Below the pieces are notes generated by a model. That model ran no database searches, had not been told where the DNA came from, and worked only from the letters and a program-made list of their open reading frames with translations. Positions 1-9,748 of a stretch of 64,000 nt of DNA are shown piece after piece. Within the stretch, counting starts at the first letter, position 1. Each line of letters begins with the position of its first letter. Source of the DNA: Candidatus Hermodarchaeum yapensis (GTDB taxonomy: Archaea; Asgardarchaeota; Hermodarchaeia; Hermodarchaeales; Hermodarchaeaceae). The stretch lies in NCBI GenBank assembly GCA_016840405.1, contig JAEOSK010000009.1, positions 1 through 64,000 of the forward strand. The letters are read 5' to 3'. The position numbers and the translations under genes are program-made.

Positions 1-112
1 ACACCCTTTGACGCTTACCAAGTCTACATTTGACCGGATTCTATTATGCCAAAAGTCTGGTTAAGAATTGTTGCACTTTGGGACAGTAGAGTCGCCCGAA
101 GTGAAACAAACA

Positions 113-1120
113 ATGGAGGATTTACATTGTAGTGAATGCAAAGGACAGCCGATACTAACAAATGGCGAATATGTCTGCACTCATTGTGGTCTAGTCCTAG
201 CGCGCCAAGTGGTTAATTCGCCATACCAGATGTACAAAGAAGAAGGAAGTTCTTCCTCCCACGGTAAAAGCTATGTTGCTCTTGGACAAAGATCGGTCAT
301 GGTTGGTGGAATGGGAAGCTTCATAGATTACCAATCCAGCCGCTTTTTCTACGACAAAACGGGTAGACCATTAACTCCTCGAAGCCAGCGGTTATTTCGA
401 AGACTAAAGTTTGATTATAACCTCCGTCTTCGAATCGCCAAACGCGAGACAACTTATCGTGCCTTAAGATCCCTGGGTAGAGTGGCAGAATTGCTTTCTT
501 TACCGGACAGTATCAAGGATAAAGCCGCATACTACTATCAAAAGATAGACAGGAAACTTGAAAGCAAAGATATCACAAGTCATCTCACCCTCATGGCCTA
601 TGGATTAATGTTAGCAGTTCGTGAATCGAAAGAAAACGCACCTATCACTTTGCAGGAAATAGCAGATGCATTTCAGAAACTTGGTCACAGAGTGACTAGT
701 AGATCAATCATTCGCCAAGCACTTTCAGTAAAGAACAAGCTTCCACTTGCTCCTGCAAAGAGAATGAGCGAAGACTACCTTCAGCGAATAGTATCTCAGA
801 CCATTAACCACCCCACAATACAACTGAGATTGCGTCGCGCAGGACTTTCAGTTCAAGAGTATCAGGCGAAGCTGATTAAGCACTCCAATCAATTGTTCGG
901 AAGAATTGATGTTTCCGAGCGGGGCGGAAGAAATCCCTTCATATTTGCAGTTGCCGTTGTTTACAGTGCAGATTTTCTCATAGCAAAACTGGCGAAACGC
1001 CGACCGATTCTTACCCAGCGATTAATTTCGAAGGCAACAAACGCTGCTGAATACAGTGTACGAGATCACTATGCTAAGTTACTGAAAGGCCATCTTCTCA
1101 AGATGTTACGTCAAGCCTAA
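113..1120 (+). CDS. tfb: Transcription initiation factor IIB family protein
   Basis: N-terminal Zn ribbon (CSEC...CTHCG), two cyclin-like repeats, GRNP motif; ATG at 113 preferred over TTG at 68. Confidence 0.85.
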   Translation: MEDLHCSECKGQPILTNGEYVCTHCGLVLARQVVNSPYQMYKEEGSSSSHGKSYVALGQRSVMVGGMGSFIDYQSSRFFYDKTGRPLTPRSQRLFRRLKFDYNLRLRIAKRETTYRALRSLGRVAELLSLPDSIKDKAAYYYQKIDRKLESKDITSHLTLMAYGLMLAVRESKENAPITLQEIADAFQKLGHRVTSRSIIRQALSVKNKLPLAPAKRMSEDYLQRIVSQTINHPTIQLRLRRAGLSVQEYQAKLIKHSNQLFGRIDVSERGGRNPFIFAVAVVYSADFLIAKLAKRRPILTQRLISKATNAAEYSVRDHYAKLLKGHLLKMLRQA

Positions 1121-1348
1121 TTGCATCACATGAAGAGTGATTATTAAAATTGTGAAGAGCGAAAAAAGAAATACGGCTCGAAATACTACTGAGCCTATCA
1201 CCCAGGCAATCATAAGAACCAATGGTATTGATGTAATAATTGTTCCTGAAATTAGTATTATACTGATTGTATCATTAGTTATTGATTGGATTATGAGAAG
1301 CAGAATCCAAGAACAAAGTAGAATTTTCAACACCTGAAATAAAAGCAT
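1106..1348 (-). CDS. Small membrane protein (80 aa), probably pilus-associated
   Basis: Very hydrophobic ORF from ATG 1348, co-oriented just downstream of the pilin-like gene. Confidence 0.5.
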   Translation of the reverse strand: MLLFQVLKILLCSWILLLIIQSITNDTISIILISGTIITSIPLVLMIAWVIGSVVFRAVFLFSLFTILIITLHVMQLGLT

Positions 1349-1359
1349 GTATTCACTTC

Positions 1360-1755
1360 TTACACGGATTGGATTATTACTTGGATTACTGTGTCTGTTG
1401 CATTCACTGTTAAAATTTGGAGACCCCCTTTTACAGAACCAGATAGTCGAATGGTACACCGATATGTCCGCGTGAGGATATGCCAAGAATCTATGTAAAT
1501 TTTGAAAATGAGCTGATTATACTCTGTTTCAAGAGTTACGTTGCCCGGTGTGATTAACTGTCTTGTTTGAATAGTTCGGTTGTAATCGGCTACCAAAATT
1601 GTTTCATCTACAGCATTAACAAACTGCTGAAATGAAAGAGATTGTTCGGTTTCTGTAATTACTTGTGTAGTTGTGAGAAAAAGTGGAACACCTATTGTGA
1701 CAAGCAGCGTAAGATTCAAACCAATTATGATTATTTTCTCAAGACTTTGATTCAC
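1360..1755 (-). CDS. Pilin-like / minor pilin protein
   Basis: GTG start gives MNQSLE followed by a hydrophobic helix; divergent from the secretion ATPase. Confidence 0.55.
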   Translation of the reverse strand: MNQSLEKIIIIGLNLTLLVTIGVPLFLTTTQVITETEQSLSFQQFVNAVDETILVADYNRTIQTRQLITPGNVTLETEYNQLIFKIYIDSWHILTRTYRCTIRLSGSVKGGLQILTVNATDTVIQVIIQSV

Positions 1756-1847
1756 ATAAGTCCCAATAACTACTCTCAGTAAAGGGAATTTAAAGTCCAA
1801 GTTTTTCTTGCTTTAAATATGAATCTACGAAATGACAAACGATAAAG

Positions 1848-3920
1848 ATGGTGTGCCCATTTCAGTTGCATGACGCTTCACCAGATATGAAAACGATTCA
1901 ATTTAGCTGCGATCTATGTTCGTTCCAAGGACCAGCAAAAGGTGATATCACTCTCAACCCTTTTTGTCGCCAACAATTCCTTCAAGTAATTTCTTTTACA
2001 GATTCCTCTCTTCCTTGCTGTTTCAACACTAGAAATCAAGTAGTTTCACTACCAGCACTGTCTACAAAAATTCTCAAGGATTACATCACAACTGTTACAA
2101 AACATGAGAGAAGAATACAAGATATTTTCAGACAACATCCTGAGATTAAACAAAAGTTGTATTCTGATCCGGTAGCAGCTTATCAAACGATTATATCCAA
2201 TTATAATTCAACACCTAAACGAGGCATTCGAGAATTCATTAAAGATCTCGAAAAAACTAGCCTGATTTCACTTTTGAATTCCCAATTTGGTGATAATCAC
2301 TCTTCTGAAAAAAACGTCTTCTACGAGGTCCTATTAAAAATTAAAAGAACTCCAATTGGGTATGATGATTACAAAAGCCTGGAAGAAAATTGCCGTCTAC
2401 TTAGCTCTTATGATGTAGGCCCATTTAATATCAACGTATATGAGTACCTTCCCATTCCACTCGAAAAATACTATCGAGTGTCTGTCCGCTTGGATGAAAT
2501 ATTATCTCCAAGAATTCTCCAATATCTTTTTTCTCACCATAATTCGAATCACATAGAAGGAGTGCGCCTTCAGAATCTAGACGAACTATTGGATAGAAGG
2601 ATTTCTGAATTCCAAAACTATCTTCGTTCTAACTTTGTCGAATTAACTGATGAAGAACAAAAAAATCTAGCCATCTATGCAACTGCTCAATCAATTGGGT
2701 TAATAAAAACCATGCCATTATTGCTTGACGACGACGTTCAAGAAGTGTATCTCGATAAGCCTGGTCACGCATACTATTTGGACCATGCAGTTTGGGGACG
2801 CTGTAAGTCGAATCTAGTGCCTTCTGATTCAGAATTGTCACATATCATTACTCGACTTCGTCTAGAAAGCCGCAGACCGCTTGATGAGAAGACTCCTTCA
2901 CTCAAAACAGAACTACAGACTAGTCTTTTCCATGTTCGTGCTGCAGTTGACATTCCTCCTTTAGCACATGAAGGTCCACATCTAAATATTCGAAAAATCC
3001 GAATGCGGACACTAACACTTCCTGAACTTATCAGGAATGGGACTATCTCGCTTACTGCCGCAGCTTTTTTGATTTTATGCATGACATTACGAATCAACAT
3101 TACTATTGGAGGTGAGCCTGCCACTGGAAAAACAACTTTAGCCAATGCTATCAATCTTCTAGCTCCACCAAATTGGCGAAGAATTGCCATCGAAGATGCT
3201 CTAGAAAGCGTCACTGTTAATGAAAAGGGGAGGCACAAAGTTACATTTCGAGTTGACCCATTTGATTCACTAGAGAAAAGTGGCTCAACAAAATCAAAAG
3301 AGATAACTCGGTTGTTGCATCGATCACCTGATTGGGTGTTTTTAGGTGAAATTCAAACTGCTGAACATAGTGCTGCAATGTTTCACGCATTAAGTGCAGG
3401 TATCAGAGGAATTCAGACTTGTCATGCAAATTCGAATAATGAACTCTTATTACGCTGGAAAATTCACCACAACATTCCTGAAGTTTGTTTTGAAAGTCTT
3501 GGACTTCTTGTTCACATGGTGAAAGAGGTAATACAAGGGCGAATTATTCGTAGAGTGGCTCAAATTAGTGAAATAAAACCGGGGGAAACCTCCTCCTCCT
3601 CATTAGTAACTCTATATGACTGGAATAAGGCGTCAGGGCATCTTGAACAACAATCTGATGATATTATTACTTCATTAATTATTAGAGCGTGTCAATTCCA
3701 GAAGATTACTCAGCTCGATGTTCGTAAACGGTTTGAGACCTATAAAGAAACTTTAGCCACGCTTATTTCCAAGCAAGAAAATACCCCGAGCACGATCGTT
3801 TCGACCTTTGACAAAACACATGCGCGTATCTTTTCTGGTACAAAGAATCCACTAAAAACTCAAAGCAATAAGACAACAAAAGAGGGAGAGGTCATTGGAT
3901 TACATCAAATTACTGGCTAA
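1848..3920 (+). CDS. Type II/IV secretion ATPase (CpaF/TadA/VirB11 family)
   Basis: Walker A GEPATGKT, Asp box IED, Walker B LGEI, His box TCHA. Confidence 0.9.
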   Translation: MVCPFQLHDASPDMKTIQFSCDLCSFQGPAKGDITLNPFCRQQFLQVISFTDSSLPCCFNTRNQVVSLPALSTKILKDYITTVTKHERRIQDIFRQHPEIKQKLYSDPVAAYQTIISNYNSTPKRGIREFIKDLEKTSLISLLNSQFGDNHSSEKNVFYEVLLKIKRTPIGYDDYKSLEENCRLLSSYDVGPFNINVYEYLPIPLEKYYRVSVRLDEILSPRILQYLFSHHNSNHIEGVRLQNLDELLDRRISEFQNYLRSNFVELTDEEQKNLAIYATAQSIGLIKTMPLLLDDDVQEVYLDKPGHAYYLDHAVWGRCKSNLVPSDSELSHIITRLRLESRRPLDEKTPSLKTELQTSLFHVRAAVDIPPLAHEGPHLNIRKIRMRTLTLPELIRNGTISLTAAAFLILCMTLRINITIGGEPATGKTTLANAINLLAPPNWRRIAIEDALESVTVNEKGRHKVTFRVDPFDSLEKSGSTKSKEITRLLHRSPDWVFLGEIQTAEHSAAMFHALSAGIRGIQTCHANSNNELLLRWKIHHNIPEVCFESLGLLVHMVKEVIQGRIIRRVAQISEIKPGETSSSSLVTLYDWNKASGHLEQQSDDIITSLIIRACQFQKITQLDVRKRFETYKETLATLISKQENTPSTIVSTFDKTHARIFSGTKNPLKTQSNKTTKEGEVIGLHQITG

Positions 3921-4719
3921 ACTAGGGAAGAATGCGCCGGGAGTAGCCCAAATTAGTAACCGTATCATATCAAAACAGTTCATTAAAGCTGTGGAATACC
4001 TGTATCATGACTCATTATGTCCAGTCAGCATTTCAGGAGGTGTGGTATTAGTAAGCGGTGCCCTCTTTGGATTAACCACCCTCATTCTGAGTTTATTTGT
4101 TAATCCGATTAGCGCATTTGTTTTGGGTATCACAGTTGCTCTAATGAGTTGTTTCATTATTATGAATGGATTAATTTCTAGGTTCAATAGTCAATTAGTT
4201 CAAATCGAAAAAGTTGCCCCCTATGTTCTTGAAGAATTGGCAACGATTTATCTAACAACTGGGTCCGTATTTGAGGCTATTCAATATGTTTCAAAAGGAG
4301 CGTATTGCCTTGTTTCAGACGAATTCTATAAAATGATTATGCCCCTAAACCAAGGTGAAACACCGGAACAACTTCTGATGGATTTTGCAATTAATCAACC
4401 TTCATTTACCCTTCGTAGGGGCCTTCTTGCGTTTATTCAGTATATTGAATCTTCGTCAAGTAACCTTGACGCTGTTATTGTGGATGCCCATGAGAATATT
4501 CAGCGGAGATATGAAAAGTTAACAATCCAGTGGGAAAGTCGAATGATGGTTTATTCAGGCCTTCTCGTTTTTTTGCCAATTATTATCATATTAGGATTGG
4601 CAATTCGTGGTTTAGCAGATAACCCACTCATTCTACTCTTGCCTGTTTTTCAGTTTGGATTTTCTAAACTGTTACATTCATCCCTTTTTCCAAATGAGAA
4701 GATCTTGCTAGGAGAGTAG
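3895..4719 (+). CDS. TadB/TadC-like (T2SS F) membrane platform protein
   Basis: TM helices flanking an 'LEELATIYLTTGSVFEAI' T2SSF-type segment; follows the ATPase. Confidence 0.75.
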   Translation: MDYIKLLAKLGKNAPGVAQISNRIISKQFIKAVEYLYHDSLCPVSISGGVVLVSGALFGLTTLILSLFVNPISAFVLGITVALMSCFIIMNGLISRFNSQLVQIEKVAPYVLEELATIYLTTGSVFEAIQYVSKGAYCLVSDEFYKMIMPLNQGETPEQLLMDFAINQPSFTLRRGLLAFIQYIESSSSNLDAVIVDAHENIQRRYEKLTIQWESRMMVYSGLLVFLPIIIILGLAIRGLADNPLILLLPVFQFGFSKLLHSSLFPNEKILLGE

Positions 4720-4727
4720 AAGTTAAT

Positions 4728-5387
4728 TTGGAATCAGATAATGATTTTGACCAATTTGTCGATTTTATGACACACTTTTCCACTGAATTATCTTCAGGAA
4801 ATAGCCCAGAATATGCACTTCTTAGAACTTCGAATTACTTCGGGAGACAAACACCAATAGAGATTACCAGAATCGTAAAAGACATCACTGAAGGAACAAA
4901 ACCATTTCATGTTGCTTGGTCTGATTTGATCAAGGAATATGAGAATAATCGAAATTCTCGATTGGTAGAATTGTTAGGTCGGTTTATCGATAAGGGATCG
5001 ATAGTGGGAGGAGAAAGAATGCTTCTAGTTTTAAAGCAGGTTCGAAAAAACAGTGCTATAACAAAAAACCGGAAGAACCTAGTAAGTGGGCAGAGAGGGA
5101 AGGTGAAGGCCCTTTCTATTGTTTCATCAGTAGTAATTGGAATGATTGCAGCTCTTGCACCAAAATTAACTCTTGCTTTTGTCGAGGGTTTTCTTTCTAG
5201 CCCCGAAATCGGTTCTTCTAGTTCTTTTTCCTTCTCTATTCTTCTGGCATTATTCTTAACTGTCGTGATAACAGGACATCGGTTAAGTCAGACAGTAGGA
5301 GGAGTCCGTCAAACAGTGTTCCTGAGTATGTTTGCCTTTACCACAACTTACATTCTGATAAACCACCTTCTAATGGCTTTCTTGTAA
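4728..5387 (+). CDS. Second TadB/TadC-like platform protein
   Basis: 'ELSSGNSPEYAL' T2SSF-type segment, C-terminal TM helices, operon context. Confidence 0.7.
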   Translation: MESDNDFDQFVDFMTHFSTELSSGNSPEYALLRTSNYFGRQTPIEITRIVKDITEGTKPFHVAWSDLIKEYENNRNSRLVELLGRFIDKGSIVGGERMLLVLKQVRKNSAITKNRKNLVSGQRGKVKALSIVSSVVIGMIAALAPKLTLAFVEGFLSSPEIGSSSSFSFSILLALFLTVVITGHRLSQTVGGVRQTVFLSMFAFTTTYILINHLLMAFL

Positions 5388-5435
5388 TTGTGGAGCTTAA
5401 ATAACGTAATATGAACTGCCTATCGGGAAAACAGA

Positions 5436-5651
5436 ATGAATATACTGAAAGCAATTGTGGGATTTCTTCGTAATAAACGGGGATCACCATTAGTAGAAGA
5501 AGGGTTACTTCTAGGCCTAGCAATTTTAACCATTACTATTCTTATTACAGTAATTCTTGATGTACTGGGTTGGTCTCAAGGGCTTTTCCAATCAATCTTG
5601 GTCCAGCTAGATCAAGTAAGGCAGGCTTTTCTTGGTTGGATTGGTGGCTAG
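5436..5651 (+). CDS. Flp-like pilin with class III signal peptide
   Basis: NKRG|SPLVE (Glu at +5) followed by a hydrophobic helix; 71 aa. Confidence 0.8.
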   Translation: MNILKAIVGFLRNKRGSPLVEEGLLLGLAILTITILITVILDVLGWSQGLFQSILVQLDQVRQAFLGWIGG

Positions 5652-5677
5652 TCTTGCTCTTCTAATCTTGTATAAAA

Positions 5678-7018
5678 TTAAGAGCTTGCACTGGAGGCAG
5701 ATTCAATTTTCTTAAGTCCTAATCCTTGTAGAGGTTCATTTGTAAGGATTCCAGCATTAATCGAAATTGGTGGAATCTCCGTTTGAGGAAGGGGTCTGAT
5801 GATTTGTTCATTTGATTCATCGGATTCAACAACTTGAGGAGTAATAATCCGTTCGTTTCTAACTAGATGAGTACCATCCTGCGAAGAATCAGAGGATTGG
5901 GCCACAATACCTGCCTGAGAGTCTATTCGATATAATTGGAGGGCGTTCCAATCGACATCATCAAAGATTTCGATGTTACCACGAAAGCCGGGTAAAACAG
6001 CTGAGTTCCCTTCTAAACCAGTTACAATAAGCAAAACGCGCACATAGCCTGCGAAATCAGATATTATTCGAGCGCCCCAAATTATTCTAGCATCATGTCG
6101 CATTTGTCGTGTGACTACATCAGCAACACGCGTAGCTTCATCCAAGCTTAAATCTGGGCCTCCAATAACATGAATTAAGGCTCCTGTTGCACCTTTAACG
6201 CTTAGATCACCAAGTAAAGGAGAGTGGAGCGCGTTTTTGACAGCCTCTGATATTCGATCTTTATCTTTAGTTTCCGATTTGGTAGCTTCCCCCAATCCGA
6301 CTAAAGCCACTCCACCACCAGCAAGAACACTTCGTACATCTGCAAAATCAAGGTTAATCAGGCTAGGTAGACTGATTGTTTCGGTTACGCCCTTAACCAT
6401 GCTAGCGAGGATTTCATCTGCCACACTGAATGCCTCATCAATTGGTAGATCGCGTGCAATCTCAAGGAGTTTATTATTATCGATTACAATGACAGTGTCT
6501 GCGTATCTTCGCAATCGCTGAAGACCACGATGCGCCTTATCAATTCGTGCTCCTTCAATGGTAAAAGGTGTCGTTACGGTACAGACAACAATTGCACCAT
6601 TCTGTTTAGCAATTTCAGCAATTACTGGTGCAGCGCCCGTTCCCGTTCCTCCACCTAGACCGGCGGCAATGAACAGCAAATCAACACCACGAAGAAGATT
6701 TGTTAGATCTTGTCTGGATTCTTCAGCCGCAGCAGCACCTAGCTCAGGGAACCCACCTGTCCCTAATCCTCTAGTAATTGTTTTCCCAATTAGCATTTTC
6801 TTGTGAGAACGAACATGATCGAGGTGTTGTTGGTCAGTATTCACTGCTATGCATTCGGCCCCTTGTATGCCAATTTGTACTAGCCTGTTGATGGTATTAT
6901 TCCCACCGCCCCCAACGCCCGCTACCATGATTCGAGCGCCGGGTTTTGAATATCTTGGGGTATTCTTTGTTTGGCGTTGGGTTGCATCACGTACAAGCTT
7001 TGATAGTCCGCCGTCCAT
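5678..7018 (-). CDS. ftsZ: Cell division protein FtsZ
   Basis: [15 protein letters not shown] tubulin signature, INLDFAD T7 loop; long C-terminal tail. Confidence 0.97.
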   Translation of the reverse strand: MDGGLSKLVRDATQRQTKNTPRYSKPGARIMVAGVGGGGNNTINRLVQIGIQGAECIAVNTDQQHLDHVRSHKKMLIGKTITRGLGTGGFPELGAAAAEESRQDLTNLLRGVDLLFIAAGLGGGTGTGAAPVIAEIAKQNGAIVVCTVTTPFTIEGARIDKAHRGLQRLRRYADTVIVIDNNKLLEIARDLPIDEAFSVADEILASMVKGVTETISLPSLINLDFADVRSVLAGGGVALVGLGEATKSETKDKDRISEAVKNALHSPLLGDLSVKGATGALIHVIGGPDLSLDEATRVADVVTRQMRHDARIIWGARIISDFAGYVRVLLIVTGLEGNSAVLPGFRGNIEIFDDVDWNALQLYRIDSQAGIVAQSSDSSQDGTHLVRNERIITPQVVESDESNEQIIRPLPQTEIPPISINAGILTNEPLQGLGLKKIESASSASS

Positions 7019-7025
7019 TAGATAT

Positions 7026-7208
7026 TCACCTTGCTGTTATTTGTGGAGATTTTTGTGCCCAAAGTTCCCGTTTCAGTAGGTCTCTGACTGCAATTCTAAT
7101 TGCTTCACTTCTATTAGGATAGAGTTTTTCAAGAATTAGTTGTTCGATTCCGTTTACGTATGCCTCGGGGAGGTTGACTGTAATTAGCTTCATCTCAATC
7201 AGAGGCAT
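7026..7208 (-). CDS. cdrS: Ribbon-helix-helix regulator, CdrS-like
   Basis: MKLITVNLP...[19 protein letters not shown] pattern immediately upstream of ftsZ; the start may be 7193. Confidence 0.8.
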   Translation of the reverse strand: MPLIEMKLITVNLPEAYVNGIEQLILEKLYPNRSEAIRIAVRDLLKRELWAQKSPQITAR

Positions 7209-7214
7209 ACCTAG

Positions 7215-7253
7215 ATATTATCCTGAAAAGATGCTAGTATTATCAGGGTATTA
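7215..7253. promoter_or_regulatory. Helically phased RTATTA boxes upstream of cdrS-ftsZ (putative RHH operator)
   Basis: ATATTA at 7215, GTATTA at 7237 and 7248 (spacings 22 and 11 bp); another GTATTA at 7345. Confidence 0.4.
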
Positions 7254-7514
7254 CCGCCAATTGAAAGTGGATAACAAAGGATGTTGAACATGAGAAATCT
7301 TGTGTTCTTTGTGCCTTAAATCGAAAAAGAACGGCTTAATTACAGTATTACCCAAGAGTCGAGCGCAAAGAGGCGAGAATCATGGAATTTGAGCCATTTG
7401 ATGAACACTATTGTTTTAATATTCCCACTAATCTACCTGGGTTGACGAGTTGGCGCCAATAGAGTTAATAAAATTTAAAAAGTGAGGGGATGACGAGATG
7501 GATAAGCCTGCTTT

Positions 7515-7629
7515 GCGGGGGTACCCGAGCACGGTCTATGGAACTTGATAAGAAGTTCCGACTAAAGGGGCAGGACTGAGGCTCCTGTGGTGTAGACCTT
7601 CGTGGGTTCAAATCCCACCCCCCGCACCA
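7515..7629 (+). tRNA. tRNA-Leu(GAG) with a 27-nt D-arm intron (7539-7565, position 21/22)
   Basis: GCGGGGG/CCCCCGC acceptor, CAGGA-CTGAGGC-TCCTG anticodon arm, long variable arm, TTCAAAT loop, encoded CCA; BHB helix GGTC/GACT with TAT and AAA bulges. Confidence 0.93.
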
Positions 7630-7685
7630 TTCTCAGTCTACTCAATCTTTTGTTGGTTTTCATAGCGAAAACTGCTCCAATTTAT

Positions 7686-7906
7686 CAAAAAAGGAGAAGA
7701 TCCCATTCCTGCGGGGCGGAGACGAGTTGTGGAGTTTAAATCGTCCACTGAGAACCTCTCTACAAGGTCCTGGTTCTAGTGGCCGACATCCAAGGTCACT
7801 ATGACCGGACAACATCGCCGGAACGGCTAGCAGATCCTGTGGACCAGTCGACAATGATCGATGGGATGAAGCAGGAAGCCCAGCCCTTCAAGGCGAGGCA
7901 GTTCAC
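7686..7906 (+). mobile_element. Non-autonomous IS200/IS605-type mini-element with omega-RNA-like scaffold (copy 1)
   Basis: Follows TTTAT; ends GAAGCAGGAAGCC-hairpin-GTTCAC; homologous to 55685-55900; no tnpA or tnpB. Confidence 0.75.
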
Positions 7907-7920
7907 GGAGCTATCAAACC

Positions 7921-8847
7921 GTGTCCCGAAAAATGTTGGATCAGTTTGGTTTGCATTTGCAAAGTATCAAATCTGTTCCAGGAGTTGAAAACTCTGTATT
8001 AGTCCAGCGTGATGGCTACCCGATTTCCAGTAGTGGTGTGTGGTTATCAGAAAATGAAATTTTTGGATTGTCTTCTTCTGCTGCAGCGATTCTCTCAGTA
8101 GCCCAACGACTCCATGAAGATCTGTATTATGTCTTAATAGAAGGAGAACGCAGTAAATTTTTACTGGCTACATTACCCCGTGCCGTAAATTATTTTATTA
8201 CTGTAACTACACAGAGTAACAGCAATCTTGGTGCTTTATTGTTACAATTGGAACGGACAATTACTCATCTTGATGAAGCCCTTTGGAATGAGCATTTCAT
8301 TCCTCCTTTACGCACATTTGAACAGAATGAAAGAGCCAAGATATTTGATTCTTTTAATGTGCGAAAAGGCCCCCGAAGAACGTGGTCAACAGGAACATTG
8401 AATCTTACAATAACCGAAAATGCTGCTCAGCAAATTACTGATATTGTTTCTGACTTTCTGCACGCCTTACCTTCAGCTCAAACAGGAGAAGTTTGTCTTG
8501 AAGGGGGATACTTAATTCCTACACAAAGATACAACGAAGGCGTTCGTATTCGGAATTCAACTCTTACATATACGCTTTTTGACACTTCCAGAAAAGTTGC
8601 CCAATTAGTAAAACGAACTAGCATTCTACAAGTGCTATGCGATTGCGGTACAAGTCAGCATTTTATTTACAAACTTCAAGGAGGATTGTTTAGCACTTTC
8701 ATAAGAAAAGATTCGACGCGGCTAGGATTACTCCGTTTGATAATTCCCAATTTTATTGCAGAAATTGAATCCGTACTGCAAAAAGCACCAATAGCACAAC
8801 GACCTAACCTCGATGTGGACGGTTTTTTGGAGGCAATAGCTCGATGA
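7921..8847 (+). CDS. Tandem Roadblock/LC7 (MglB-like) domain protein
   Basis: 'VPGVENSVLVQRDGYPISS' Roadblock start and 'NLGALL'; degenerate second repeat ending 'RLGLLRL'. Confidence 0.8.
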   Translation: MSRKMLDQFGLHLQSIKSVPGVENSVLVQRDGYPISSSGVWLSENEIFGLSSSAAAILSVAQRLHEDLYYVLIEGERSKFLLATLPRAVNYFITVTTQSNSNLGALLLQLERTITHLDEALWNEHFIPPLRTFEQNERAKIFDSFNVRKGPRRTWSTGTLNLTITENAAQQITDIVSDFLHALPSAQTGEVCLEGGYLIPTQRYNEGVRIRNSTLTYTLFDTSRKVAQLVKRTSILQVLCDCGTSQHFIYKLQGGLFSTFIRKDSTRLGLLRLIIPNFIAEIESVLQKAPIAQRPNLDVDGFLEAIAR

Positions 8848-9728
8848 ACACCTTTCTTGATAATGTTTTGAATACCCTCGGTAGAAAACAACTTGCAATA
8901 GTTCTAAGGTCTGTTTTGGATAGGTATCCTGTAATCATTCACGGAGATTCACCAGAAGTTATCGATTCAATTGCTGAAACTCTTGTGAATTTAGTTCCTC
9001 ACCGTAAAGAAGTAGTTTTTGGCTCTGATTTCGTTTCCTATTCAGAACATGAGCGAATGATGAACCATGAAAGAAGCGATTACAATGGAGAACGAATAGT
9101 ATACCGTTCTCCGTCAACATCAACTGAGTTACTTCGTAGTCAGATTAACGACTTTCAAGGATGGATTATGGCCATTAATCAGAATGACATAGAGGAAGTA
9201 AAGAGCAAACTTGGTCAAGCTTCTCCAATTATTATGCGATTTGCAGAGGGAGTCCTAAAATTAGAATCGAATGGCACCCCAATGGCAATCACAAATACTC
9301 GCTTTGAGGAAAAGCTGTTAGAAAAAGTAACCTCGGAGACTGGTACAAAAATGGAGAGGATTACTAGGATTTTACGCCGAGCGGCCCAGGGAAAAGTAAG
9401 TGAAAGATTAGAAAAAAGTCTGATTGATCTGAAACAGGAAGAGGAAAGGGTCCGACAGAGCTTATACAGAGAACATATTCAGGGGTTTGTTGAAGCGGCG
9501 TGGAGGGTTATGATCATCTTAATGCGGCTTAGACTATTGCAGGGTGTTGGAGTAAAATCAGTAATCTCTGATAAGATGTTAAGGCAGGCAATAGATTATC
9601 AGGGATCTTCAATTGATCGCCTTATGGATTTTATAAAAGCCGAGTGGGGTGAAGATTTTCGAAGTTCTGTTCAAGATGGGGCAGGACATCAATTTGGCGA
9701 TAGACTGGAAGGGTTTTGGTCAATTTAA
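8844..9728 (+). CDS. Hypothetical protein, possibly DENN-like
   Basis: 'LAIVLRSVLDRYPVIIHGDS...IAETLVNLVP' resembles the cDENN core; lies between Roadblock and GTPase genes. Confidence 0.5.
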   Translation: MNTFLDNVLNTLGRKQLAIVLRSVLDRYPVIIHGDSPEVIDSIAETLVNLVPHRKEVVFGSDFVSYSEHERMMNHERSDYNGERIVYRSPSTSTELLRSQINDFQGWIMAINQNDIEEVKSKLGQASPIIMRFAEGVLKLESNGTPMAITNTRFEEKLLEKVTSETGTKMERITRILRRAAQGKVSERLEKSLIDLKQEEERVRQSLYREHIQGFVEAAWRVMIILMRLRLLQGVGVKSVISDKMLRQAIDYQGSSIDRLMDFIKAEWGEDFRSSVQDGAGHQFGDRLEGFWSI

Positions 9729-9748
9729 GGCCAAGAGGTGAATGACCG

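Noticed and set aside
1137-1337. 66-aa plus-strand ORF
   Set aside because: Antisense shadow of the hydrophobic minus-strand gene 1106-1348
5780-5805. IRPLP in the FtsZ tail matching peptide 1
   Set aside because: A five-residue match in a Pro-rich linker is plausible by chance; the [YW]P part is missing
7382-7462. 26-codon ORF MEFEPFDEHY... upstream of tRNA-Leu
   Set aside because: Weak SD, no second copy or homolog visible, and it lies in a divergent promoter region
7660-7988. ORFs 7660-7854 (-) and 7779-7988 (+)
   Set aside because: They overlap the mini-element, are not preserved as ORFs in copy 2, and show no TnpA/TnpB motifs
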